DNA of 64,000 bases, taken from Macrostomum lignano. Its lineage: Eukaryota. Made by a program: the position numbers and the translations under genes. This document shows, piece by piece, positions 1-12,012 of the stretch. The notes below the pieces were generated by a model that worked only from the letters and a program-made list of their open reading frames with translations, was not told where the DNA came from and ran no database searches. Numbering within the stretch: the first letter of the stretch is position 1; every line of letters starts with the position of its first letter. The stretch covers positions 248,001-312,000 of the forward strand of contig NIVC01000827.1 of assembly GCA_002269645.1 (NCBI GenBank), given 5' to 3'.

Positions 1-2
1 AG

Positions 3-104
3 CGGGACCTCATGTGCAAGAGGCTGAGCGCGTGCTGGTCCAGGCGGTGGTCCTACAGCCACAGCCTGCTGGGCGGCCGCTGCTACTGCTGCCACTGCCC
101 TTGA
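3..104 (+). CDS. Possible 3' end of a coding exon running in from the window edge (frame ambiguous)
   Basis: GC-rich stretch. One frame reads RDLMCKRLSACWSRRWSYSHSLLGGRCYCCHCP* (Cys-rich). Another reads ...PLLLLPLPLNWLSLTAILWLS* (hydrophobic C-terminus). I cannot choose between them. Confidence 0.25.
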   Translation, partial: RDLMCKRLSACWSRRWSYSHSLLGGRCYCCHCP

Positions 105-873
105 ACTGGCTGTCACTAACTGCCATTTTGTGGCTGTCGTAATGACAGGCAATTAAAAAGCAAATATACTTAAGGTCTTGTTTGGTCAGCCTGCAAACCT
201 TCGGCATTGTAAAAGCAGCGGCTAACGGCCTTGAGTCTCATTTTGCATTTTAATGAGTAATGAATCCACGGGTGATGAATCCATTGGAGACAGTGAATCG
301 TTAGCTGAGTTAGTGATTAAAATCCATGAGTGAGGGATTCCTTAAGGAGCTGAAAGTCTGCTAAAATATACATGTGAAAGGTGTCTCGGTCACTTACATA
401 CTTTAGGGTAATTCTTCATCGTGGTGAATCCTAGGGTGATTGTGAATTTACGTGTGGTTAATGTCTCTCCATGATGCTTAGCATGCCAATTATAGGGAAT
501 TAGGGCAATATAAAAATGGTTCTAGGTTAAATGCTTGTGAAGCTTAGTAATTTAAAGTGAAGAACCAATTTTGCAGAAATTTGATAGGCTACTTATTCTC
601 AAATCTGTAAATCTTTGTCTTTTTTACTTTCTCTCTTCCCTCTCTCTCTCCTCTGTTCTCTTTCAATATTCGAAATCACAGCACTTCGCTTAATGCTTTG
701 GGGTTCGAGAATTCTTCCTGTTCTAACTGCCCTGTGGTGTCAACTGGCTGACAAAGAATTGCAAGTCTTACAGACTGATAGAGTTATAACACGCTTGGCA
801 ACTCTTAACTTCTTAGCCCCTAATCCGAGCGGGGCCTGTGCATTTAACAGAACCCGTTTCGATCTCGTACCAC

Positions 874-1657
874 AGACTGAAAATTTTCTGTCTATGGTCG
901 ACACTCGCTGGCTCAGCGGAGTTCAATTTAATCCTGGGGCATCAATTTGATCATTCTACTCATATAACGTTAGATATCCAGTGCTATAACACAAGTCGTT
1001 TACTTATCATTGAGAAAATCTAAAACAGAACAATACAATAAACAAATAAAAGCTTTAGCGTCGGATGTCGTCGAGTCAGGCTGGAATAAACCTCAGCATC
1101 TGCCGGTACCAGCCTCCGCATTTTGCAACGGTCACTTCACGGGTTGCGTCCTCTGCAACCCTCTGTAGGACAAGGATTCGCCACTCTCGTAGCGAATGAC
1201 CATCAGGCGGATTGTCCAGCTCTTCTTGCAGTTGTGGTTGAGCCAGCTGGCGTTTGGTGCCTTCAGGCAGGCATGCGCGTTCTCCACAGGATTGAGGAAT
1301 GGCGAGTAGCTATGGAGGCAATGTCACCAGGCGCCAAGCGGGCTGAAATTGATCTGGGATTGTCACTCCATGATGAAAACGGGCGTCATCCATGATCACA
1401 CAGACTCCTCGCCATCAGGTGCATCACCACACCACGACTCGTCACGCTTTGCACCAGATCATTGATGAACGTTTGGTACCTGACTGCCATCATAGTCTCT
1501 CCGAAGATCATATGATGTAAAAACAAGTTGAAAACAGGTTTCGCTAACAGTAAAAATGTGCATTGAATGCAGAGAATGATCAAATTGATGCCCCCAGGAT
1601 TAAATTGAACTCTGCTATGCCAACGAGTGTCGACCATAGACAGAAAACTTTCAGTCT
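874..1657 (-). mobile_element. Degenerate, internally deleted Tc1/mariner-IS630-type DNA transposon
   Basis: ~85-bp inverted repeats at 874-957 and 1573-1657. The minus strand between them reads VIMDDARFHHGVTIPDQFQPAWRLVTLPP[4-nt insertion]YSPFLNPVENAHACLK, matching the DDE_3 motif D..A..H...LPPYSPxLNPxE. Confidence 0.8.
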
Positions 1658-1941
1658 CGCAAGCCTGATTTCCGTATCTATGATTAAATTGAAAGCTTGC
1701 AGTACCAACTAGGCCGCAAAAAGGAATACTGTAGGGTGGGGAGGCCGGGGATGAGACAGCTTAGTCATGCTGTCTGTGCTTGGGAAAGGGAGCATGGTTG
1801 CACTGGGTCAGGGACTTCTCTATATAGCATCCCTATAGAGAAGTCCCTTACTGGGTACGCAGCAGACAGGGTATCAAGCCTAGACAGGTTCTAACGTGTT
1901 ACCCCTCGCTCACAGTCACAACACTTCCCTCTCTCCCCTTT

Positions 1942-1945
<4 letters not shown>

Positions 1946-2015
<70 letters not shown>

Positions 2016-2024
2016 CTCCCCTTT

Positions 2025-2098
<74 letters not shown>

Positions 2099-2134
2099 CC
2101 TCTCTCTCTCTTTCTTTCTCTCTCTCTCTCTCTC
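1946..2134. repeat. (CT)n microsatellite
   Basis: Direct reading; two CT runs, each preceded by CCCCTTTCAGATCT. Confidence 0.95.
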
Positions 2135-2139
2135 TATCG

Positions 2140-2589
2140 GCCTCTGAGCGCGCCGATCAACCGTTTCACGGCCCAGAGGGTCCGCGCCGTCTTCCAGTTG
2201 CTTTTGAACCGCAAGATCATCGACAAGCGCCAGTTTAAAACCTTCAGTCCGAAGGAGTTTTGCGTCCTGCCGAAAATACAAAAAGGCCGTCAAAACGTAG
2301 CCGCTCAACGGCATTCTTCAGACCGGCCCATCGTGTCGAATGGGGACAGCGAGTCCTTAAGTCAGCGGCCGCTTTACCGACAGCTTCCTGCAGCCGTTCG
2401 TCATCAAACTGCCGAGCTTCATCGAGGACATCGACATTTCCAGGCTGCCATTAAGGAGGTACGGATGTCTCCTGCCCGGCATCAGAGAAGATTTTCCTAT
2501 CCACCATGGATGTCGCCAGCCTGAATCTGGAGGGCATGAACGACTTTAAGTTTGATGGCCAGTTCTTCCTACAGGTCAAGCCATGGGCA
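2140..2589 (+). mobile_element. Penelope-like retroelement RT relic, 5' part (frameshifted)
   Basis: Across frames it reads LPKIQK...RPIVSNGDSES...FTDSFLQPFVIKLPSFIED...STMDVASL...NDFKFDGQFFLQV..AMG. These are the LPKxHK/RPIVS, DVxSL and Q..GxAMG motifs of PLE RTs. Confidence 0.8.
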
Positions 2590-5164
2590 CCCTAGATGAA
2601 GTTCTGTTTACTCATTCTTGGCAGATCTGTTCTTACTTAAATTTCTTAGCAGATCTGTGAATTTTGGTTAACACATTCTTAACAGATCTGTTCTTACTTA
2701 AATCTCTTAGCAGATCTGTATCTGCTTTTGTCTTACAAGATCTTACAAATCTTTGCAAGCCATTTTTTATTGTTTGGTACGTAAAAAACATTCGTAATTT
2801 TTTAGAAAATACTTATTAGGTAAAGAGAAAACAAAATTTCCAACTGTATATCAGAAAAAAAACTTTCGTATTTTTTCACATTTCTCTGCTGGATCTTGTC
2901 AGATCAGTTCTTGCAGATCTGTACAGACCAGTTTTGAAAAGTGTCTGAATTGTTTTTTTCCACAAAACATTTAACATAATAGTAATTACGTTTTTTGTAA
3001 TGATTTGTATTCATTTTAGTTGTTCTTCTGGCAGCCAACAGTAAATGAATTTGTTTAAATACTCTTTCCGCAGTAACTGAACATAGTGGACCCTTATAGT
3101 TTGAATTCTCGCTCTTTCAATATCCATCCATCTCAGTTCTTTCTTTTGACTTAGCCGAATACATAATTTTTAATTCCTTAAATTGTTTCATAGTGTAGTA
3201 TCACTATTTTTTACTTTTTTAGCCATAATAACTTTTTTGATTAAGTATAGCTATGGCTTTAAATGAAGAGCAGATCGCGTCATCAATTAAAAAAATTTGA
3301 CATAATTGACAGACTGACTATAAAATGTATGATATGCTATATATATATCTATATTATATATATATATATATATCTAGGCTTGTTTCCTACTCACAGGACT
3401 ATAAGTATGAGTAGGCCTAGGCTTATGACTTTGTTATATGCTTTAATAGAAACAGAATGCATGTCTAGACCTAGTGATGTTGTCCATTAATAATTCATTA
3501 ATCCATTAATAATTCAGAAATTCAGTTACATACATAGATCTGTATTTTTTGTAGTCTTTTGCATTTCATTATATTATATTTATATATACATACCTAGTTC
3601 TAGCCCCTAGGCTAGGGCTAGGCTAGTTCTAGTGACCTAGCTAGTAAGTAAATCTTAATTAAATAGGTCTATTCTGTTTTTGTTTGTTTTATATATGCTT
3701 ATCTAGATTTATAAATAGGTAGACTGACATATCTGTAAAACTTGGTTTTAATCCCTCCTTGATTTTAAACACTTAGGTTAAGAGTGTAATGTCTATTTTT
3801 AGTAAATAGTGTTATAACTAGAGGCTTATCATTTTAATTTTAAAATAAAATAGGCCTTACTCTACTAAAAATTGTAATTGCTATATAGGGTATAGTTTTT
3901 ATGAATTAGAATTAAACCTGGATGCTTAAATATAGGCTTATGGTTGTTAGAAAGTTATCTTAAGCCTTGACCTACTATTTGAAGAATATAGATAGGCATA
4001 GCAAAATCTAAAAGTATTTATACTAGATAGGCCTAGATAAATAATATGAAAAATATAGAATAGAAGAAAAACAGGTCTAAATTTAATTAGACCAAAGAAC
4101 TTTTACAAAAGTTATTACTCTGACTATTTAAAAACATAACAATGATATTTGTTTTATATTTTAGTTATTTTGAATTCAATATTAATGTTTAAAATCCCAG
4201 AACTTTACTACAATTTTCCTTTTAATTGCTGCTACTTTACATGGTCAATATGGCATCGCTACTTATGGGTTCCAAGCTTGTCTTTATAGGCCTACCAAGT
4301 GGCAAAGTGGCAAGCATCCTATGATTGCTAAAAGAAAAAATGAAGCCAGCCTAAAGTAAAAATGCAACATGATAAAGAGCCCTAAAGTATTACTAAGAGC
4401 TCTTATAGACCTACTTTTATTGATAACAAAGTAAGCTTTCTATTCTAGCAATATTGACTTTAAAATCTTTCAGTACTGGACTCTTTCAGTTTCAATTATT
4501 TGCATACCAATTTAATTGTACATTGTAGTAAAAGATGCACCTGGTTTTTTTCAAATGTTTCTGCTTCTATTTTTTAGTTTCTAAAAGTATTGCTCACCCT
4601 AATTTTATTAGTCCATTGTACCATTAGTATTTTTTCTATTGAATGTGTGCTTAAATTTTGTTTTGAAGTTGACTTATTTTTTGCTTGTGATATTTCCCTT
4701 GTGCATAGAAGTTTTATTTCATGAGCATATATGTGTATTTGTTTACATTTTCACAAATAAATATGTCTACTTTATTTTAATTGTTCAATGACATTTGCTT
4801 TTGTTCTGGCAGCTTACTAGCACAATACTAAAAGTGCAGAATCAAATAAGAAAGTCCTGTCATAACTCGTGTTCTTTATTGGAATTAAATTAGTGCATTG
4901 GGGTTTTATAAATGGATTACTAAACAGATCTGGGAAGATTTGATAAGACGGACAATGCATTCAATTGGTAAAGCCTAATACATCTTACAAGATCTGCCCA
5001 GATCTCCTAAGATCTGCTCGTGCAGACCGTGCAAGATCTTCCTGCAAATCTTGTAAGTTCTGCCTATATATTTAAATAGTGCAGATCTGTTACGTTCTTG
5101 CAAGAACGTAGCGAGAAGCTCCAGACAGATCTGCTAAGAAATGGCATGACGATTTCATCTAGGG
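2590..5164 (+). mobile_element. Non-autonomous DNA transposon, copy 1 (CCC...GGG-type termini, CMC/EnSpm-like)
   Basis: Termini CCTAGATGAA...TTCATCTAGGG, subterminal AGATCT repeats and an AT-rich non-coding interior. It interrupts the PLE codons ATG GGC AAG and leaves a CA (or GCA) duplication. Confidence 0.8.
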
Positions 5165-5925
5165 CAAGTCGTTTGCGTCCAGGTACAGTAACATTTACCT
5201 GAGCTACTGGGAGTGGAGAGGTTTGGAGGCCAGCACGACGAAATCCGCCTTCTGGTTCCGGGTACATCAAAGATATCGTGGCGGGATACTGAGAACGAGC
5301 TCACCCGCTTCCAGCAACTGCTTGACGGCCTGGACCCCAACATCAAGCTGCAGCTGACCTACAACAACACTGAGGCCATTTTTGGATACAACCGTTTCTA
5401 GGACCGGGTAGGAAACACTAAGAGGCTCGGCACTAGGGTGTTCTTCAAGCCCACTGACAGCCAAGCGCTCATCCACCGCGGCTATCGTTCCACCCTAAGC
5501 AGACTTTCAAAGGAGTTGTAAGTCCCAACTCGTCAGGTACGTCCCGGCCGCTGCTCTAGAATTTCTTACTTCGACGTTGCCTCCTGCGAACTGCCGTCTA
5601 ATCTAGTACAGCATCAGGGCTACAGCAGGCGCTTTTATTGCGCGGCATCAAGTACGAGGTGCTGACGGAGCTGTGCTTTTTACCCGACCAAGCGGCTGGT
5701 GGGCACCCGGAGAAACTCTGGCGTTGAACGGCGTTGCTGAACTCTAGGATCGATATATAGCGGCACATTTTGCTCGGATTCAGTGTCGCTAAACGGCACA
5801 AACGTTATATATGCTATCAAAATTCGAGAATCTTAGCGGTCTGACCTTAATCACGAAGTTAATCTAACAACAACGTTCAGCCGCTTGACTACGCAGCGCT
5901 ATAACTACATGTACACGTATAATAG
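5165..5925 (+). mobile_element. Penelope-like retroelement RT/thumb relic, 3' part
   Basis: Reads KSFASRYSNIYLSYWE...FWFR.YIKDI..WRDTENELTRFQQLLDGLDPNIKLQL...FLDTTV...TRVFFKPTDSQALIH...HPKQTFKGVV..QLVRY. A later NVIYAI segment is reminiscent of the GIY-YIG start. Confidence 0.8.
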
Positions 5926-8900
5926 CCCTAGATGAAATCGTCATGCCATTTCTTAGCAGATCTGTCTGGAGCTTCTCGCTACGTTCTTGCAAGAACGTAA
6001 CAGATCTGCACTATTTAAATATATAGGCAGAACTTACAAGATCTGCAGGAAGATCTTGCACGGTCTGCACGAGCAGATCTTAGGAGATCTGGGCAGATCT
6101 TGTAAGATGTATTAAGCTTTACCAATTGAATGCATTGTCCGTCTTATCAAATCTTCCAAGATCTGTTTAGTAATCCATTTATAAAACCCCAATGCACTAA
6201 TTTAATTCCAATAAAGAACACGAGTTATGACAGGACTTTCTTATTTGATTCTGCACTTTTAGTATTGTGCTAGTAAGCTGCCAGAACAAAAGCAAATGTC
6301 ATTGAACAATTAAAATAAAGTAGACATATTTATTTGTGAAAATGTAAACAAATACACATAAATGCTCATGAAATAAAACTTGTATGCACAAGGGAAATGG
6401 CACAAGCAAAAAATAAGTCAACTTCAAAACAAAAGTTAAGCACACATTCAATAGAAAAAATACTAATGGTACAATGGACTAATAAAATTAGGGTGAGCAA
6501 TACTTTTAGAAACTAAAAAATAGAAGCAGAAACATTTGAAAAAAAAACCAGGTGCATCTTTTACTACAATGTACAATTAAATTGGTTTGCAAATAATTGA
6601 AACTGAAAGAGTCCAGTACTGAAAGATTTTAAAGTCAATATTGCTAGAATAGAAAGCTTACTTTGTTATCAATAAAAGTAGGTCTATAAGAGCTCTTAGT
6701 AATACTTTAGGGCTCTTTATCATGTTGCATTTTTACTTTAGGCTGGATTCATTTTTTCTTTTAGCAATCATAGGATGCTTGCCACTTTGCCATTTGGTAT
6801 AAAGACAAGCTTGGAACCCATAAGTAGCAATGCCATATTGACCATGTAAAGTAGCATCAATGAAAAGGAAAATTGTAGTAAAGTTCTGGGATTTTAAACA
6901 TTAATATTCAATTCAAAATAACTAAAACATAAAACAAATATCATTGTTATGTTTTTAAATAGTCAGAGTAATAACTTTTGTAAAAGTTCTTTGGTCTAAT
7001 TAAATTTAGACCTGTTTTTCTTCTATTCTATATTTTTCATATTATTTATCTAGGCCTATCTAGTATAAATAATTTTAGATTTTGCTATGCCTATCTATAT
7101 TCTTCAAATAGTAGGTCAAGGCTTAAGATAACTTTCTAACAACCACAAGCCTATATTTAAGCATCTAGGTTTAATTATAATTCAGAAAAACTATACCCTA
7201 TATAGCAATTACAATTTTTAGTAGAGTAGGGCCTATTTTATTTTAAAATTAAAATGATAAGCCTAGTTATAACACTATTTACTAAAAATAGACATTACAC
7301 TCTTAACCTAAGTGTTTAAAATCAAGGAGGGATTAAAACCAAGTTTTACAGATATGTCAGTCTACCTATTTATAAATCTAGATAAGCATATATAAAACAA
7401 ACAAAAACAGAATAGACCTATTTAATTAAGATTTACTTACTAGCTAGGTCACTAGAACTAGCCTAGCCCTAGCCTAGGGGCTAGAACTAGGTATGTATAT
7501 ATAAATATAATATAATGAAATGCAAAAGACTACAAAAATACTGATCTATGTATGTAACTGAATTTCTAAATTATTAATGGATTAATGAATTATTAATGGA
7601 CATCACTAGGTCTAGACATGCATTCTGTTTCTATTAAAGCATAGAACAAAGTCATAGGCCTAGGCCTACTCATACTTATAGGCCTGGGAGTAGGAAACAA
7701 GCCTAGATATATATATGATATAGATATATATATAGCATATCATCCTGTGTGCGGATCATGTACCCGTGTACGCCGGAAAAAATTCGGGCGTCAAGGACTT
7801 TGTACGCCAGTGTACGCTAAAAACAAAAAGTTGCACTCAAATGTACACCAAAAATTCCTAAAAAAAGGGTCATTCGGTTTTCACGAGTAGAGTTTTCTAG
7901 GAAAGGCTTTCGTATGAAAAGTGTCTTTAAAATATTACGAATATTGTCAGTTTAAACAAACTTAAATAACACCTACAAAAAATATCATGCAAAATTAATA
8001 CTTTCAGCAAAATTTTACACTAATTTTATTTTTTTTTTAACTTAAAATAAGCAAAAAGTTTATCACTGACGATATAAATTTTCCTTTACTTTACGTAAAT
8101 ACATTAATTTACATTACAATTTTCATGCACGGCATGAATTGATTCACCAAAATTTGTACGCCAAAAAAGTATGCGTGGCTGTGTTACTTGTGTACGCCAA
8201 TAGTGTACGCCAACAAAGTGCGCCAGGGGTTGTGTACGCCGATTGTGTACGGTAAGGACTGAGGGTGGCCGTTTTGTACGCCGGAAAAGTTCCGGCGTAC
8301 ATGCATACCATCCGCAACCTGGCATATCATACATTTTATAGTCAGTGTGTCAATTATGTCAAATTTTTTTAATTGATGACGCGATCTGCTCTTCATTTAA
8401 AGCCATAGCTATACTTAATCAAAAAAGTTATTATGGCTAAAAAAGTAAAAAATAGTGATACTACACTATGAAACAATTTAAGGAATTAAAAATTACGTAT
8501 TCGGCAAAGTCAAAAGAAAGAACTGAGATTATTGCAAGAGCGAGAATTCAAACTATAAGGGTCCACTATGTTCAGAACTGCGGAAAGAATATTTAAACAA
8601 ATTCATTTACTGTTGGCTGCCAGAAGAACAACTAAAATAAATACAAATCATTAAAAAACGCAATTACTATTATGTTAAATATTTTGTGGAAAAAAACAAT
8701 TCAGACACTTTTCAAAACTGGTCTGTACAGATCTGCAAGAACTGATCTGACAAGATCCAGCAGAGAAATGTGAAAATATACGAAAGTCTTTTTTCTGATA
8801 TACAGTTAGAAATTTTGTTTTCTCTTTACCTCATAAGTATTTTCTAAAAAATCACGAATGTTTTTTACGTATTAAACAATAAAAAATGGCTTGCAAAGAT

Positions 8901-9059
8901 TTGTAAGATCTTGTAAGACAAAAGCAGATACAGATCTGCTAAGAGATTTAAGTAAGAACAGATCTGTTAAGAATGTGTTAACCAAAGTTCACAGATCTGT
9001 TAAGAAATTTAAGTAAGAACAGATCTGCCAAGAATGAGTAAACAGAACTTCATCTAGGG
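5926..9059 (-). mobile_element. Non-autonomous DNA transposon, copy 2 (inverted relative to 2590-5164)
   Basis: Reverse complement of copy 1 along its length, with termini CCCTAGATGAA...TTCATCTAGGG flanked by AG/AG. It contains an extra nested insertion. Confidence 0.85.
7744..8321. mobile_element. MITE nested in copy 2, with an 8-9 bp target-site duplication
   Basis: Absent from copy 1 and flanked by a GCATATCAT direct repeat (7735-7743, 8322-8330). It has imperfect TIRs (..TGCGGAT..TGTACGCCGGAA) and multiple TGTACGCC subterminal motifs. Confidence 0.85.
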
Positions 9060-9458
9060 AGAATATATAAATTACGAAGACTGTGCGGTATAAACTTTCA
9101 CCTCCAACCAGCTGATCATTAACGGGATCGACTGATCAGCTCTCGACTGCGGAGCTCAGTTTAAAGCGAACACTAATCTTACAGAGACGTCGATCATGTT
9201 AATCGGTGAGCTCGAGTTCGATCTGCACGCGAGGTTAATAAGGTGTCATATTTATGAAAACCACCCTAATCTCAGAGCAGGAAATTCCCCACATAGATGT
9301 ACACTCTGTATGTTTTGCGATGTAGGGCTCCAAAAAATCTACTCTACAAATGCAGCCAATTCATGTAAAACGCAAGGACTACTCAAGTAGAACGGGAAAA
9401 TTCGTTTCTTGGAAAATTTTAGTAGGAGTCAGTTTTCTCCGAAAAAATACACTAAGGA

Positions 9459-12012
9459 CCCAGTGAAAAATGATTCATGGATTCCACGTGGGTTCCACGT
9501 GGCCATGTGGAATTTAAATGTTTCTTTAATTTTTGCAAATTAATGACTTAAAGATGACATAATGGTATGCAAAGTATTTTTTATGCATTATTTTTTTATT
9601 TTTACTGTCCTAATGTTGATGTGGATTTTACAAGGAATTCATGAGAAATAAGCGTATATTGATTCAACATGGAATCCACTTCGATAAAAAACTGTGATAC
9701 ACCTTATTCAGACGTTTTTATGAAATTACTAAAATTAATTATTATATTTATATGCTTTTAAGTAAAAATTATTATCTAAAAGCTAAATTATAATCGGAAA
9801 ATAAGATACTGTTTGTTAAAATAGACAAAATAGAAGTTAACAATAAAAAACGTTTCGTACGTTTTAAAATTAAATTAATTTTATTTTATATTCGTCAATG
9901 TCTTGGTCCAAGGCCTTGAAAGATAAAGTGCCTTGTTTATGGCTATTTAAGCACCTTAAAAATTTTAGTAGACCTAGCCTATAGGCAATAACTTACGAGT
10001 ATAAGGCCATGGCCTCCATGGGATTAGAAATTAGATAAATCAGTATTTTATCATAGATAGGCCTAATACTTTTGGTAAAATCCATGATAAATTTATTTAG
10101 GCCTAGGCCCTATCCAATTTCTAGGAATCCCATGGCCATGTCCATAGATTGGCTACTCATTTTTTAACTTAAATAGGCCTTTAGAAGTTCATAATTTCCT
10201 CTTAGTCCTATCTATCTATTTATATGTATGCTTATTAGGCCTATTTTAAGCTAGGCCTATAACTATCAATTTAGGTCCTATTTTAATTAAGGTTGGGAGT
10301 TGGGACTAGCTTGACTTTGTGAATTGTGACTAGTCAATCTAGTTAATCTGTTAAAAATCTATTAATTTATGATTTTCTTCAAAAAAGCTTATTAGCATCT
10401 TTTGGACTTGTTGCATTTTTAAAAACAGTATTATTAATTATAATAAATAATTCTGCATTTACACTTGCAACTTGCTTTTGGCATAGCTAGCCTAGCAGAT
10501 CCCTAAGGTTGCTATTATAAATAAATAATGATTATTGTAAATTTGATCTGATTTAGGCCAAGTCCAGAATTTAATAGCCATAGGCATAGGGCATAGGCCC
10601 CCTAGCTATTTAAGCTTAGGCCTAATGTTAAATCATACTAGGCCAGCAAATATAAAAAAACATGCATTGCTTTGCCTAAATACTTTATAGTTTAAAATCA
10701 ATTTTAATATAAAAAATTAAATTTATAGAAACATATATTAATTATTTTTGTACTTATTATTTCATTGGTTTATTGATTGACTTAGGTAGGGTTTTCTTTT
10801 TTGCTAGAGACAAAGTGCAAAATTATATCCTATGCTCACTTTCAGGGTTTTATGATTTTAAGGCTTAGAATGCAATTTCTCTTTTTTCTTATATAAAGGC
10901 AGTGCAAATAAGGCTTCAACAGAAAAATAGGTAATGAAATCGCACCTAAACTGTATCCACTTTTTAATTTCAATTTTCAAGGTGCAATTTTAAAATTTAA
11001 GGCGCATATGCACACTTTGCGCATAAAAAAATAAACCTAGAACTTAGGCCTAGTTAATTTTAAAATAAACTTTATTAAGTATTCATCCTTAAATTAGTTT
11101 TATGAATTATATCAATATAATCTATCAATCTTAATTGGCAACAATTATTTTTCTATTTCATTTCAGCCTAACATTACATGGCCCATCCTCAAACTTGGAT
11201 GTCACCTTGGTCTTGCCTTTGAAGAATCATGCAAAGCTACTTGGAATTTGAATATAATATCTAGAATGCTACCTTTTGTGAAGCAATGGTAAGTTTTAGT
11301 TATAAACTGATTTTTTTCTGTCATCAAAATCTGTTATAAGATCAAAATCTATCAAAATCTATTACAAAATCTATCATCAATCTGTTATAAAATTCTGTAA
11401 TTTAACCCCTTTCTTTTCTAAGGTTTCTCACCTAACCTGAAGAAGCAGCATTCTGGCAATTGGCAGCAGCATGTTTCTGACTGTTCTAATTCTAGTGCAT
11501 TATATTATTGTTAATTAAATAATGCTATTGACAATGTCAATTTCAAATTATATATTATATCATATGCGCAGCGCAACTTTAAAGATATCAATATCTATAT
11601 CAGTGTGTTTATTCTTTGTGTGCCAGTGACTCACTACTGTATATAAATACACCTTACTTATTGAGACATCCTTTTTGAATATATTTTTGTGCAGAAATAT
11701 TTTTTCGCTATAGCTAGTGTTTTTATCTGTGTTTCAGTTTCTTTTATATGGTATTGAGATCTGGGGTTCATATGAAATTTTGAGATCTGATATTATTTTG
11801 AGATTTAGGATGCAACAAATTATTATGGCAACCAGTATAATGGCTGTTTACTCAATGACAATGTGGATTCTATGTGAAATACATAATTACTTCCATGTGG
11901 ATCTTCCATGTGGAATCCATATCTCAATTCCACATGGATGGACGGAGACAAATGCACATATGGATTTCATATGAAAAATCCACATGGAATCCATATACTT
12001 TTTTTCACTGGG
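9459..12012. mobile_element. Second family of non-autonomous CCC...GGG DNA element (~2.55 kb)
   Basis: TIRs CCCAGTGAAAAA..ATGGATTCCA(C/T)GTGG and ..TTTTTCACTGGG, subterminal CCA(C/T)GTGG repeats and an AT-rich interior. The TSD is not clean (GA vs AA). Confidence 0.7.
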
